64,000 bases of DNA from the human T2T-CHM13v2.0 reference genome, Homo sapiens, in the NCBI RefSeq assembly GCF_009914755.1, contig NC_060933.1; one strand, given 5' to 3'. Of this stretch, positions 1 to 13,520 are shown piece after piece. A program made the translations under genes and the position numbers. How positions within the stretch are numbered: the stretch's first letter is position 1; the number at the start of each line of letters is the position of its first letter. The notes under the pieces are model-generated. The model saw nothing but the letters and a program-made list of their open reading frames with translations, made no database searches and was not told the DNA's origin.

Positions 1-992
1 ACTATCATGAGAGTGAACAGGCAACCTACAGAATGGGATAAAATTTTTGTAGTCTATCCATCTGACAAAGGGCTAATATTCAGAATCTACAAAGAACTAA
101 AACAAATTCACAAGAAAAAACAAACAACCCCATCAAGAAGTGGGCAAAGGATATGAACAGACACTTCTCAAAAGAAGACAATTATGCAGCCAACAAACAT
201 ATGAAAAAAAGCTCATCATCACTGGTGATGGTGCAGAGAAATGCAAATCAAAACCACAGTAACCACAATGAGATACCATCTCATGCCAGTTAGAATGGTG
301 ATCATTAAAAAGTCAGGAAACAACAGATGCTAGAGAGGATGTGGAGAAATAGGAATGCTTTTACCTTGTTGGTGGGACTGTAAATTAGTTCAACCATTGT
401 GGAAGACAGTGTGGCATTTCCTCAAGGATCTAGAATTAGAAATACCATTTGACCCAGCAATCGCATTACTGGGTATATACCCAAAGGATTATAAATCATT
501 CTACTACAAAGACACATGTACACGTATGTTTATTGCAGCACTGTTCACAATAGCAAAGACTTGGAACCAAGCCAAATGCCCATCAATGATAGACTGGATA
601 AAGAAAATGTGGCACGTATACACCATCGAATACTATGCAGCCATGAAAAAGGATGAGTTCATGTTCTTTGCAGGGACATGGATGAAGCTGGAAACCATCA
701 TTTTCAGCAAACTAACATAAGAACATAAAACCAAACACTGCATGTTCTCACTCATAAGTGGGAGTTGAACAGTGAGAACACATGGACACAGAGAGGGGAA
801 CATCACACACTGGCGCCTGTCAGGGGGTTGGGGGCTAGGGGAGGGATAGCATTAGGAGAAATACCTAATGTAGATGATGGGTTGATGGGTGCAGCAAACC
901 ACCATGGCATGTGTATAGCTATGTAACAAACCTGCATGTTCTGCACATGTACCCCAGAACTTAAAGGATAATAAAAAAAACAAAAAAAAATA
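1..992 (+). mobile_element. L1PA (about L1PA7/8) 3' end: ORF2 C-terminus, 3'UTR, A-rich tail
   Basis: ORF 355-720 is the L1 ORF2 C-terminus ([13 protein letters not shown]...IIFSKLT*). It is followed by a G-rich 3'UTR tract and an A-rich tail at about 970-992. Confidence 0.95.
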
Positions 993-2550
993 ACTGAAGA
1001 AACAAATGGTGTTGGAAGAGATAGGCATCCCTATGCAAAGCAATAAATCTTGACACACGCGTCATACCATATGAAAAAATTAACTCACAATATTGGTAAC
1101 AAAACTAAGTATAAAACCTAAAACCGTACAATTTTGAGGCTATTAAAAATTTTTTTACTTAGAAACACTAAAAGCACAATCTGTGAAAAAATTGGTAAAT
1201 TTCACTTAATCAAAATTTAAAAACTTATTTTTAAAAGGATAGTTTTATTAAAATGAAAAGGGAAGGTAGAGTCTGGGAAAACTTTGTAAAACATTTATCT
1301 AACAAAGTACTTGTAACTAAAACCATAGAATGCTTATAACTCAACAAAGAAGGCACAAAAATGGACAAAAATATTTCAACAGACATTTTACCAAATAAGA
1401 TACCCAAATGACAAACAAGAACATCACAAAATGCTTAACATCATGAATAATTAGGAAAATTAAAATTAAAATCACAGTGAGATACCACTACCCACCAATT
1501 AGAATGACTGGACTGACTAAAATTTAGAAGACTGACCATATCAAGTATTGGCAAGGTTGTGGAGTGACTGGAACACTTACATCACTAATGGAGATAAAAA
1601 TGGGGCAGCCACTTCGGAAAAGTGTTTGGAAGTTTCTGAAATACTCCTACTGTGAAACAAAGACATTCCACCTATACGTTTTACTGCAGAAATATGCCCA
1701 TGCAAAGACTTGTACAAGAAAGTTTACAGCAACTTTATTTGTGAAACCAAAAATTGTAAACAACTAATCCATAAAATATCCATAAAAAAGTAAAGAGAAA
1801 AGCAAATTGTGGTATATTCATACAATGGAATATGATATACCCATAAAATGAATGAACTATTGATGAACACAATAACATGGATGAATCTTACTTAGGTTGA
1901 ATGAAGGAAGCCAGACAAAAGAGTCCCTATTGTATTGCTCCACTTATGTATCTGTTTTAGTCACTTGGCATGTATAACAAAATAAACAGTGTGGCCTAAA
2001 TAACAGACATTTATTTCTCACAGTTCTGGAGGCTGGGGAAGTCCAGGATGAAGGTGTTGGCCAATGTAGTTTCTAGTGAGGGCTCTCTTTCTGGCTTGCG
2101 GACAGCCACCTTCTCACTGTGTCTTCTCTTGGCAGAGAAAAAGCTCCAATGTCTCTTCCTCTTCTTATAAAGGCATGAATCCCATCCTCCACCCTCATGG
2201 CCTCATCTAAACTAATTACCACCCAAAGGCATACCACCTAATACCAACACATTAGGCGGCAGGATTTGAACAAATGAATTTTGGGGAGACACTCAGCCCA
2301 TAACTATAGCATTCTATGAAATGGAAGCTAATCTACAATGACAGAAATCAGATCAGTGGTGGCCTAAAGATGGGGAGGGAAAAGTTAGGGAAGCATTTAA
2401 AAAGAGCCCTGGAGAATTTTTAAGGATGGTAAATATTTTCTTTTTTTGTTTATAGTGATAGTTACATGGGCATATCCATATGTTAAAATATCTAATTGCA
2501 TGATTTTCAAATATGCAGTTTATGGTATGTCATTTTTTTAATCAATTAAA
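993..2550 (+). mobile_element. Old L1M-type 3' fragments, interrupted by a MaLR LTR
   Basis: Degenerate ORF2-end and 3'UTR motifs (gtgagataccactac, tgtggtatattcatacaatggaatatg). Confidence 0.7.
1951..2306 (-). mobile_element. MLT1A-like MaLR solo LTR
   Basis: Contains atttatttctcacagttctggaggctgg, and its ends match the reverse complement of the MLT1A termini. Confidence 0.8.
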
Positions 2551-4342
2551 GCTGGAAAATGGAAAAGGGAACATACTGCAGTTATGCAGTGCCTTTGCTC
2601 AAGCTGTTTCCTCTGCAGGAATGCAGTTCTGCTCTATGTCTACCTGGAAATTGCTCCTCACCCCTGTGAAAAGCCCACATCCTGGACAAAGTTCTTCACT
2701 GTCAGTAGTGAGCTCCTGGAGCCTGTTCCACAGGCTGTTTTTGACTCACCAATTATCCTGCATTCAAATTAATATGCATGTGTCCTGTCTTCTCCCAAGA
2801 GACTGAGAACACCTTCAAGTTGAGTATATTACCTGATTTATCACAGAGTAGATATCAGCAGTTGATTTTGATGGCTGTCACTTGGTCCTCACCATGACAG
2901 TGCCACAGTTGCCAAATTAGAGTGCATGAGAGACCCTCTGGCTCTCCTTGCACCAAATTTGCCTATTGGTAGATTCCACAGGGGAATAGGAATTATTAGC
3001 AAGAACAATATGTTACTGTGACTTAAATTATTACCTGGTAATTTAGGCATAATTGTCTGAAACACATACCTTTTAGAAGCTAAAGATTACTCAGAGAACA
3101 GCTAACAAATTAAGGAAAAAGGATCTCAGGCTGCAATGCCTGATTCAGGGAATGGGTTGTCTGTATAAATATGGCTACATAGTATCTGACAGCTCCTTGG
3201 AGAGTGGATAAATGAGTGGTCAGATAGCTTATTCATCACACTAAGATACATACATATTTATGACATGCTGTAAGATTGAAGTTGGAAAGCAGGAAGTCCC
3301 AGAGAAAAGCGGCAGGATCCAGAGACCAGAGGCATGGTAGGATCTGCTAGGATGGAGAGTATGGAGGGGCTGTCTGCTCCCTTTCCACTTTTTTGTCTCC
3401 TCCTCCACTCTTAGGAACACTCTGGGATCATAGTATAACTTTGTGGTGCTGACCTGGGACTGTATATGAAACCACGTTTTCTCTGTGTCCAGTTACTGAG
3501 GCAGCAACACACTTCAGATCATGAGGAACTTTAGGTTCTTCTGCATTTTATTTAGTACTGGGGCTTTGGTTCCATCTTTTAGTTTTGTGTGCCGTTAGGA
3601 TCTTCTTACTGTCATGTAAATACACTCAGTGGAGTCCATATTTACCAACATTTGAAAAAATCTGAAATATCAGTCTGGTAAAGGAACCCTAGGTTCAGTC
3701 CAAAAAATAAATGGACTCTTATATTCTCTTTCTCTCTCTCTGCTTTTCTAAATTAATTATCAGAATACAGAGAGTTTTTGAATAGGAAGTCTCAGGAGGG
3801 ATTGGGAAATCATCAGCATAGAGCAGAATGGTCAGGATGAGGGATACAGTGAGAACTAAGACTTCAATCCATTGTTCACAGACTATCTACCTGGGTGTGG
3901 TACATGGCTCCAGAATAAAGTTTTAGACCACAGATGCAGAGGCTGTGGATTGGTCTATTAAGGCACCCAAAGAGAACAGGCCCCAAGGCCTTGTTCATCA
4001 GCCTCTTTCCCAGCTCAGGTGTCTCTAGACCAAGCCTCTCCTTTGTCCCAGGGCCAACATGGAGAGGAATGCTGAGCCTCTGAAAGTCTCCAGAGAGTAC
4101 TCAACATGTCCTCAGGAAGTCCTATTACATGGAGCACATGCAATCCTGAAGATCTGAGATTCCTTGCCTTTCTTCAGCAGAGGACTAGTGTCTGAAATAT
4201 TTTTCTAAAAAGTGCGGAATTCCATTCTGTATTTTAGTTTCTCAGAGAAGAGTTAGAAAAAAATTCTTATCCAGATCAAAATGATTAACATGGAAAGAAC
4301 ACAGATCTTAAAAATCAATGTAGAGAATAACATTATTTACCA

Positions 4343-4412
4343 TAAGTTGCTGCAAAAGTAATTGCCATTAAAAATAATGGCAAAAACGGCAATTACTTTT
4401 GCACCAACCTAA
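4343..4412. mobile_element. MADE1 (Hsmar1-derived MITE)
   Basis: Palindrome taagttgctgcaaaagtaattgc...gcaattacttttgcaccaacctaa matches the MADE1 TIRs. The left arm has a short deletion. Confidence 0.9.
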
Positions 4413-4839
4413 TAATAATGAACATCTGCTGATATTTTAGAAAGAGGGGAGTGAAATTATCTTACCAGGTAATTTTTCTTTCTTGTCTTTCAGCATAAAC
4501 ACAGAGGCAGGAAGAGAACCATGTCTGGAGCTTTCAAGGGTGATGATCTGCTATTGAATGCCAGGCTTTCCCCAGGTTAATCTTAATATCTCTCTTCTAT
4601 GAGGTCACAGGTCTACAATCATAAAATAGATCAGTTCTTGGAATCATTCATTCTCAGAAAATAATGATCTTGGAAGAGAGCCTTTTACGAAGACTATCAG
4701 GCCTGGGATATTTCTCCTAATATCTATTCTGCCTATCCATGGGAATCGAACAATGATTGAGTTGGGCCAGGGGTCTTGCCAACTTGCTGGTCGTGGGAGA
4801 TGTAGTGAAAGGACTGTTGGATTTGGAGGCAATATTTCT

Positions 4840-5015
4840 GGGTCCTGCTTTTGGACATATTCCAAGTTAACTTCCTTAAGTTTCAAATTCCCTGTTTCAG
4901 AGATTGCCAACCTACAAACCTCATGGGTTTTTCTTATGATCACTTGGTACAATGTATGCGAAAGTGCTTTAAAGTGACCTAGCTCTCTATATATGTGAAC
5001 CTTACTATTATTGTC
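4840..5015. mobile_element. MIR fragment
   Basis: Degenerate MIR core (aagttaacttccttaagtttc...acctcatgggttttt...aatgtatgcgaaagtgcttt). Confidence 0.6.
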
Positions 5016-8000
5016 CTTGGAACTTTGACTTGAATCCTAAATCGTGGGCATTCAGATTCCGATCTTAAAAGATTTTATTCCCAGTGAAGCACTCTACTCA
5101 GTTTCCTACAAGATTCTGCATTCACCTGATGTACTCAGGCTCCTTCCTTCTCTGTTTGGAGAACTCATTGCAAAGATGATGAAGAGGCATCAGACCTACT
5201 TTCTCCTCAGATAATGTGATTAGACTCCTTCATTATTCCAGACATCTCTCTTCCTAGGTTGCCTGTGGAAATCTGGGACCTGAGTGAAGCCTGGAGTTGA
5301 CCTGAGAGGGAGAACCCATAGACAAAGTGATGTGAGGTCAAGCCTTAGAGTGAGGGAAAAAGAGTGTCATGAAGTCAGAAATGTGGAAGAATATGACCCC
5401 TGCCGGGCCCGTCTATCCTGTCCTGCTTCTGAATGTATGTTGCACTTCTTCTCTCTTGCAGGCACCTGCAAAAGCTTCCTTTGCAGAGTAGCTTCCTGAA
5501 GGATTTATGCAAGATCCTTTATCTGAGGAGTGAGTTAGAGCAACCACAAAAGCAGACATCATGTTGCTCCTGAAGCCAGGGGAAGATACATATCTTGTGA
5601 TGTCACCTTTGGGATTCTCTGAGTTGTAGCTCCCTCTGGCCTCTTTACTTCTTGCCTCCACCTACTGACTGGACCTTATCACCCACTTACTTTTTTCTTC
5701 TTAGCCGTATAACCATTGGATTTCCTTCCTCAGTCAGAGCCTCCTTTGTCACTGGATCCTATATTGTCAGGACCATCTTAAACCCCTACAACTTATCTTT
5801 TTCCTTCCACACCCAGAGCACACTCAGATACCAAACTCTATTTCTAACCCAGACCCCATTTATCTTTGGATACTGCCTCCTTACCTGGCCCCACCTCATC
5901 CTATCCTTCCACTTTCAGGATCTCAACAACTCCCCTAATCTGACACACTTCAAGTATCCAGTGGTTCAGTTCACTGTCCTCCATCTTTCATGGTTCCAAG
6001 TGAGGGTCCCCAAAATGTTTCAGCTATGTGAAGCCCTGGATAATGGCCTCTGGCATGACTTCAGAAACACAGCCGGAGATCCATCAGGCTGTTCTTCACC
6101 CTGCCCACTCTCTGTCTCTGGGACCATGTTTCTTTCAGGTCAACCAGAATGTCCTCCTGCATTCCCCACTGCCTGCAAAATTTATCTCAAAGAAATGTTT
6201 CCACTAAATCAGAGAAAATTAATCGGTTTTCATTTACCACATCCTCCAAAGTAGATTGTCTCTATTATAAGTAGTCTATCTATATTTCCCTATATATTTG
6301 TTTTTTTCTAAAAAGAAAAGTGGCCTTTTCTTCAGCCATATTTAGGAAAGGTTTAGGGTTAGCCAGGAGCTTGGGCTCAGAAAACCAAATGAGTCAACCT
6401 CAGACCAAATTGAGAGCCAGTTTTGACTTTTTGAAGGTTATCAGGGCTAGGGAGGGATGCTGACAGTGACATAGCACACCGGACATCGTTTTGGGTTTCT
6501 TTATTTGCATTTTGACTATATCTCAGTTTAAAAAGCTTATTAATATAATATTGCCATAAAAACACAACAAAAATACAAATACCCAGGGGCTTTAAAAATG
6601 AGATAAAATGAGAAAATCTATTAATCCTCCCCTTGATAAGGACCATGTAATAATATAACATTATACAGTCATGGGATGGAGTAGTTGGGGTTAAGCAGGC
6701 ATCATAGAGCCAGAAATTTCCTATTCAGCCTGTAAAAACAGTAGGAGACAAGACACTTCATATATCCAAAAAATGGCATTAGACCTTTGCAGCCCTAAGT
6801 TCAGAAGGATAGGGATAAATCTCCATGACTTTGAATCTTTTGATGGCGAATAGCTTCTACTTGCCCCCAGATCTCCCCTCTATTCTTGACATAGGATGTG
6901 AGATGAGCACTGCTTCCAACAATTCTTTTCTTGGCCTTAATGAAAAAGTAGAGCTGACCCCAAATCTACTGGCTCTGTACAGGTGGTGAGGAGGATGAGA
7001 GGAAGGAGAGGAGGCCCAAGAAAAGGCAGAATAAAGGTTTTAGAAAATCTGGAATAGGAGGAGAACACACTATCAGACTCGGGAAAAATCTTCATATGTC
7101 TTCCTATTTCCTCACACTCCTTGAGAAAGAAATCTCCACGTATCTTCAAGTGGCCCTCATATCAGTAGAAAAGAACTGGTTTCAAAGCTAGGGACATGAA
7201 AATTGGGTCACCTTGATATACCTCTGAACCTCCACAAGACAGCCCACATCTGAAAGGATTCAGAGATAAAAATATTTTCCTGAAAACAGTGGTATTTGTT
7301 AGAAAAACTACCCCCAATGGACACAGAACTGATTGAACTTTAGGGGGAGGTGGTGTTTGTGTGATATTGCTGAGGTGGTTACTGCTGGAGTTGATGTGGC
7401 AAAGCCAAGGCACAAAATAAGTGATCTGCTATGGGTTTGTGGGGTTTATTTAGACACAGATTTTGAACTCAATAATGAATTGTCCCCATTGAGTTTCTCC
7501 AAGGGAAACCCCTTTTCTTGGAGACTATATGGTGCCTAGCTTGATGACATCATTGCAGGGCAAGATATCATATAGCAATCAGGAAGGGAATGTTTATGAG
7601 GCAGCCACCCAATGGCTGCAGATAAATGAGGCCCAGTGAGGAAAGTGGAGGTTGGGGGAGCAGGAAAGAGGAAGAACAAGCGAAGAGGGGAGGAATGACC
7701 CACTGAGTTGGAAGGAATGATAATGCCGTCATCGTTCTTAGTCAAGACATCTCCCTCTTTCTCTCCTGACACACACAACCTGGCTCAGGCTCCACATGCT
7801 TACAACTGATGAGGGCGCTGTAGAGCACATTGGTGCTATCCTGTCAAAACTATGTGGGTGCCCTTTGAACAGAAAGATGTCTGCAGGACATTTGCAGTCT
7901 CATTTTGGGTAAGTCACTTTGGTGCCCTTTTTCCAGGAGTTCTTTATGAAAATATACAGTGTGAGAATACAGTGTGAATGTTTGGCCCTTTAGGGTTGAA

Positions 8001-8269
8001 GGACTCCTTTGAACTTCATGTCCTTGGTAGAGATGTATAAAATCTCCTTTGGGCACACCCAGAGCTCACGCCCTACAGGTAGATCTTGCAACTTCTGGTT
8101 AAGATGCAGTGTTTCTAGGGCTCACCTTAGACCCCTACTCAAACCGTGAAAGTCAATGTGAACAAAGTTGCCATGTAAGTTCACATCCATGTCATTCAGG
8201 TCAATGCTATTGAAATGCTGAATGGAGTAGCTCTTAGGGAAAAAAAAGCCCCAGATAAGTCATTAGGGT

Positions 8270-9235
8270 ATTGCAAATTAAAGCAATAAATTTATCATTA
8301 TACATATATAAGGATAGCTAAAATTAAAAAAACTGACAATACTAATTATTGTCAATTGCAGAGCAACAAAACACATATTCATTACTTGTGGACATGCAAG
8401 ATGTCCAGTCACATTGGAAGACATCCTAGCAGTTTCTTACAAAATTAAACAGTTTTACCATAGGAAACAACAATTGGGCTCCTAAGTATTTACCCAACTG
8501 CTTTGAAAACATGTCCAAAAAATTTTGCTCATAAATGTTTACATTATCTTTGTTAATAATTGCCCAAACTTTAAAGCAACCAAGATGTCCATCAATAGGT
8601 CAATTAATAAAAATGGTGTGATACCCATGCAATATAATAACATTAAATGATTAAAAGAAATAAGCCACCAAGCCATAAAAACACTTTAAATGCATACTGT
8701 TTAGTGAAAGAAGCCATCCTGAAAAGGACACATGATTCCAAGTGTATGACATTATGGAAAAGGCAACAAAATCATGATGGTAAAAAGCTCAGTGTAGCCA
8801 AGAGTTTGGAGAGAGCATGTGTGTGGTGAATAGATGAAAGTACGTTTTTTAAGGCAGTGAAGCTATTCTGTATTATCCTATAATGGTGGATATATGTCTC
8901 TATGCCTTTGTAAAAGCCTATAAAACTTTATAGCATGAGGAGTGGACCTTACTGTATCCAAATTTAAAAAATCAGTTCAGAGGTTGGGAGATTCTAAGAT
9001 GAATGCAGAATTTAGCAAAACAATTTAAAATGAATTACAAATGTAGGAAACAATCCCACTGAAGGGGAATAAGGTAAAAGTTGCTGACCTATGTAATTTT
9101 GAAAATAAGTGGCATCTGTAAGTTTAAGAGCCAAACAGTGTGTTCATAAACACTGTACTCTAGTTATTAATAAAGTTGTTTCCTGCAAGGAGATGGATTA
9201 AGATTTTTGATAATGCTATATATGTTGAAATATTA
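8270..9235 (+). mobile_element. Old L1M (L1MC/MD-like) 3' region
   Basis: Motifs such as aagcaaccaagatgtccatcaataggt and gtgaaagaagccatcctgaaaagg. Confidence 0.7.
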
Positions 9236-9445
9236 AGTAAATTGAATTATTTAAGTAAATTGATGTCAAGTGGCGGGAGTAGGTTTCTAGCCTTAGCTAG
9301 CTTAACCAGAAAAATTAAATATTTTAAAGTATCGGTAATAAAAAAGTATAACAATGAAGAAAGTTTACTAAATATAGTTATAAGGCAAATAATCTCAAAA
9401 AACGTTCTATTATCAGTGGTAATTATACTTATGGTAAAGATATAT

Positions 9446-9918
9446 TGTTACCAAACCCAGATCCGGCTGCTCACCTCTCAGAAAGCCAAACACAAGAGAT
9501 GAGAATTGGTGGGAGAAAAAGCAGGTTTGTTTGGAAAGCCAGCAAAACTAGCATTTTAAAATGCCATCTTTAATTGTTCAGTCTGGATGGAGGGGAATAT
9601 AGGGAAGTAGAGGGGACTGGTATCAACAGGTGACCGAGGACTGCAAGCAACTGGGTGCCAGCAATGGCCCTGGGAAGTTGGGGACAACTTTGTCCTTGAT
9701 CAAGTCACGATGCTTCCATAAATCTTTAACAAAACATAGTTGCTTACATACTTCGCCTTTAATCTCAGAGTTAGTTTCAAAAACTACATGATTGCTATTT
9801 GTGCACATTATCTCAGTGCTCTGAAATTATCCTAGCCTATGTGCAGGAATGGATAAAGTCCTCTTAAATAAAAATGAAGTTAGTTATGTTATAGTTCTTT
9901 TGCTGTTTTACTGTTACA
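9446..9918. mobile_element. Probable ERV1-class solo LTR
   Basis: About 470 bp bounded by TGTTACC...TGTTACA with LTR-like content. No clear TSD and the family is not assigned. Confidence 0.5.
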
Positions 9919-10084
9919 GTGTCAGTTGTTAATAAAAAATAAAAGAAAATTTTAATAAAATATTCTAGGAATATTACCTGACACTCTAACAAAAAGCAAG
10001 TTATATTACCATTTGTATCACACGTTTGAAAAATTCTGATGGACTCTACAATAGTAGGATGAATAGAGTTAATAATTATAAGAT

Positions 10085-10388
10085 TTTGTTTTGTTTTGTT
10101 TTTAAGACACTCCGTCTCACTCTGTTGCCCCGGGGGGAGTGCAGTGGTACACTCTCTGCTCACTGCAACCTCCACTTCTTAGGCTCAAGCAATCCTCCCA
10201 CCTCAGCTGTCTGAGTAGCTGGGACTACAGGTGCGCACCACAATGCCCAGCTAATTTTTGTATTTTTTGTACAGGTGGGATTTCGCTATGTTGCCCTGCT
10301 GGTCTTGAACTCATGAGCTCAAGCAATCTTCCCGTCTCGGCCTCTGAAAGTGCTGGGCTTGCAGGCTGAGCCACTGCACCTGCCCGGG
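10085..10388 (-). mobile_element. AluJ-type SINE inserted in an L1MA 3' end (about 9950-10560)
   Basis: Alu dimer in reverse with a (tttgt)n tail. L1MA 3'UTR motifs continue on both sides. Confidence 0.9.
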
Positions 10389-10750
10389 TTTTTGAGTGTC
10401 CTCATCACAAAGAAATTGTAAATGTTTAAGGTGATGGATGTACTACTTACCTTGATTTGATCATTACAATGCATACATATATGGAAACATAACTTTGTAC
10501 CCCATAAACATTATTATTAAGTGTTCATTGTAAATTTCAAAAATAAATTTAAAAGAATTGAATATAAAAACAGATTTACATGAGAGGGAACTGAATATAC
10601 GTCAAGTCAAAAGTAGAATTCAATTAGAGAGAGGCTTAGTTTTCCATGCTAGACATTCCATAATTTAAATAAAAAAGGAATTGTCCAGATCTTTGAATAC
10701 AGGTAAAGTTAAAAACAAGTGTCCATCACAAGAACATGGCTACAATTTTT

Positions 10751-10897
10751 AGAAAATGTATATCTCAGTTATTAGAAATCATAAGATCATAAACAAATAA
10801 TGTATATGACAACATAAAATACAGAGAAATGTACATCTCAGTGATTAGAAATCATATCATAAACAAATAAGGTATATGACCAACATAAAATATAGAG
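10751..10897. repeat. Two-copy tandem duplication, about 73 bp unit
   Basis: gaaaatgtatatctcagttattagaaatcat...aacataaaatacaga occurs twice. The paralogous flank near 48280-48350 has one copy. Confidence 0.85.
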
Positions 10898-11110
10898 TAA
10901 ATAAATAACAGAATAAAATGAGATCTGATTGTAAAATTTGATAGAAAAAAAGAATATTAACAAGCAAATAGGTAACCGTTGAAGCTTATTACAAAATAAT
11001 ATTAATTAGAACACTGATAGATTATTATTTTATTCAAATAAGCAATTAATTAAATCAAATATTCAAATGTTCACATGTTTTGTACCAATATATTCGTTCT
11101 CTGAAAATAA

Positions 11111-11406
<296 letters not shown>

Positions 11407-11479
11407 TCTGAAAATAATTCTTTAAAAACATATTGCAAAAAACATGAAAAAAAATACAAGAAACATTAATCCACATTCT

Positions 11480-12400
11480 TCTCTAGATGCCACCTTATTT
11501 CCTTTTTCCACTTGACAAACTTCCCCAAATAATTTTCTATACGCAGTATTCTTAATTTCTCTTTTTTGTGTTTCCTCTTCAACTTACTCCAATCGTGTTT
11601 CTATCCCATTCATTCTACTAAACCAGATCCTCCTAAGGTCATCAGTGGAGTCTGTTTCCAGGTTCAGTAGGACAGCTCAGCCCTCACCTTCCCTGAAAGT
11701 ACCACTGTCTTCCCCTCATTAGACTCTCCCTCATTCTTTCCCATTTCTCTTTCTAACTGCACTGGCAACTTTACCTCAGGCTCCTTTACATATTCTCCTT
11801 CTCTGCTCTACCTTTGAATGTTGAGGGTCTGCAGGACAAGGTTATGTCCTCATCTCATTGTCTCCTCTGTTTATAAGTGACTACATTCATTCCTATGTCC
11901 TTGTTACCAGACATGCAATAAAGAATCTTAAATTAATACCTTTGCCCATGGGATTTGTTGTTCACTCTAGACCCATATTCCCAATTGCGCATAAGATTTC
12001 TGCAATTTCATGTCTCCCAGGCACCTCAAAAAGGACATCTAATATTTTTCTTTCTCAACATCATTTGCACCTAAAGCTTCTAGTATGAGAACATCATTTT
12101 CTTTTACTTATCTTTGTAGTGTTTCATATAAGCGAAATTGGTACATCTTTACTGTTTCTTTTCCTGTAAGAATGAAAGCTCTTCAACACGGAAAGAAACT
12201 GTGTTTATTCACCTGTATTTCTTTTTTAAAATAACTTTTTAATTTTTGTGGGTACATAGTAAGTGTATATATTTATTGGTTACATGAGATATTTTGATAC
12301 AGTCATGCAATGAGTACACCTGCATTGCTTGACATCAATTCCAAAATATGCCACTTTGATACTCACTTTATACATATTATGTAAATGGAATGAATGAATA
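11480..12400 (+). mobile_element. Decayed L2 in the IFNW1 3' flank
   Basis: L2-like ORF2 motif (ctcttcaacttactccaatc...aaggtcatcagtgg) and an L2 3' terminus (gaatgaatgaat, about 12388-12400). Confidence 0.6.
12220..12313 (-). mobile_element. Very short L1MA-type 3' terminus
   Basis: tttttaatttttgtgggtacatagtaagtgtatatattta... with flanking TSD cacctgtatt / cacctgcatt. Confidence 0.8.
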
Positions 12401-12503
12401 GGTAAGTGTATATTACCGTCCATTCCTTGATTTGGTTCAGAAAACTAGTGTTTGGATTTTGGTTTTCGAATAAATAACTTCAAGAAGTTTTGTTTGAAAA
12501 TAA

Positions 12504-12660
12504 TTTAATAAATAACAAAATACAATATTTAAGCAAATGGAAAGCTGAACATGTTTTGTTATCTTAATACAATGTAAAGGCAAACATTTGTTATATAAGA
12601 ATATAAATAGTATAAATATGATAAAATGTAAGAATAAATAAATGAGTAAAAATAAATAAC
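12504..12660 (-). promoter_or_regulatory. IFNW1 3'UTR AU-rich elements and ATTAAA poly(A) signal (12504-12509)
   Basis: Multiple ATTTA pentamers on the minus strand. The first poly(A)-like hexamer after the ARE cluster is ATTAAA. Confidence 0.65.
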
Positions 12661-12842
12661 ATCTTAGGGACTGATGCCCCTGAACCTAAGTCTTTTTAAC
12701 ATATACTGGCTTAATATACCGACAAAGTATTTGCAGAACTAATTCAGTCAATTCTGTGATTAAAGCCGAAATAAGAGTCTTTTGAATTGACCAGAGTCAC
12801 ATGTGCAAGTGTTATATGGCAAATTAATCAATGAGAATCATT

Positions 12843-13430
12843 TCAAGATGAGCCCAGGTCTCTATCTTTACTTCTCAGTCTTTCTTGCATGTTTGTTGAT
12901 AAGAACAAGGATTTCATGATTTCCATTCTGACAACTTCCCAGGCACAGTCGCTGTATTTCTTCTCTTTCAGGTAGACACGGATTCCCTGGAAGTACCTCC
13001 TCAAGGTCAGTGCAGGGCTGCTAATTGCCCCAGCAGATTCTCCTTCTCCCACTACCTGCAGCAAGCAGGTCTCCAGGTGTTGCAGTTGCTGATGAAGTCC
13101 AGTGTGGAGTTGGTCTAGGAGGGTCATGTTCCAGGCAGCAGAGGAGCGCTCTGTGTGGAAGAGGCTGAAGATCTGCTGCAGCATCTCATGGAGGACAGAC
13201 ATGACATGGGCCTTCTGCAACTGGCTCCCTTTTACCATCTCCTGGGGGAACCTGAAGTCTCTTCTGTCCTTGAGACACAAGAAAGGGGAGATTCTCCTCA
13301 TTTGGTGCAGAAGCACCAAGGTGTTCCTGCTAAGTAGGCCATGGTTCTGAGGCAGATCACAGCCCAGAGATCCAACAGGGCTATAGCTGGTCATCACTAG
13401 GGCTGCCAGTAGAGGGAACAGGAGGGCCAT
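12843..13430 (-). CDS. IFNW1: Interferon omega-1 precursor (195 aa)
   Basis: Intact intronless [39 protein letters not shown]...[16 protein letters not shown]...RDLGSS, with N-glycosylation site NMT. Confidence 0.99.
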   Translation of the reverse strand: MALLFPLLAALVMTSYSPVGSLGCDLPQNHGLLSRNTLVLLHQMRRISPFLCLKDRRDFRFPQEMVKGSQLQKAHVMSVLHEMLQQIFSLFHTERSSAAWNMTLLDQLHTGLHQQLQHLETCLLQVVGEGESAGAISSPALTLRRYFQGIRVYLKEKKYSDCAWEVVRMEIMKSLFLSTNMQERLRSKDRDLGSS

Positions 13431-13520
13431 TGGGAAATGAGGATGCTCCTGGCTTTACTGAGCTGGGATATGGCTTAACCTTGGACCCTAGGTTTTCTGA
13501 AGACATTGCTTGTATGCATG

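Noticed and set aside
5652-6254. 200-aa ORF in non-repeat sequence
   Set aside because: It starts at TTG rather than ATG, lies in pyrimidine-rich sequence and shows no recognisable domain. Probably chance.
2860-8200. Searched for an extra IFN coding remnant or exons (splice-acceptor-like tracts near 4493 and 5461)
   Set aside because: No IFN motifs were seen by eye, and isolated acceptor-like tracts are too common to support an exon.
10751-10897. Repeat-spacer-like patterns considered as a CRISPR array
   Set aside because: Only two-copy tandem duplications in mammalian DNA, with no unique spacers or cas genes.
13102-13350. Antisense ORFs recurring in each IFN copy (also 38011, 38220, 50701, 59143, 62763)
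   Set aside because: They are shadows of the paralogous sense coding sequence, so recurrence reflects duplication rather than independent selection.
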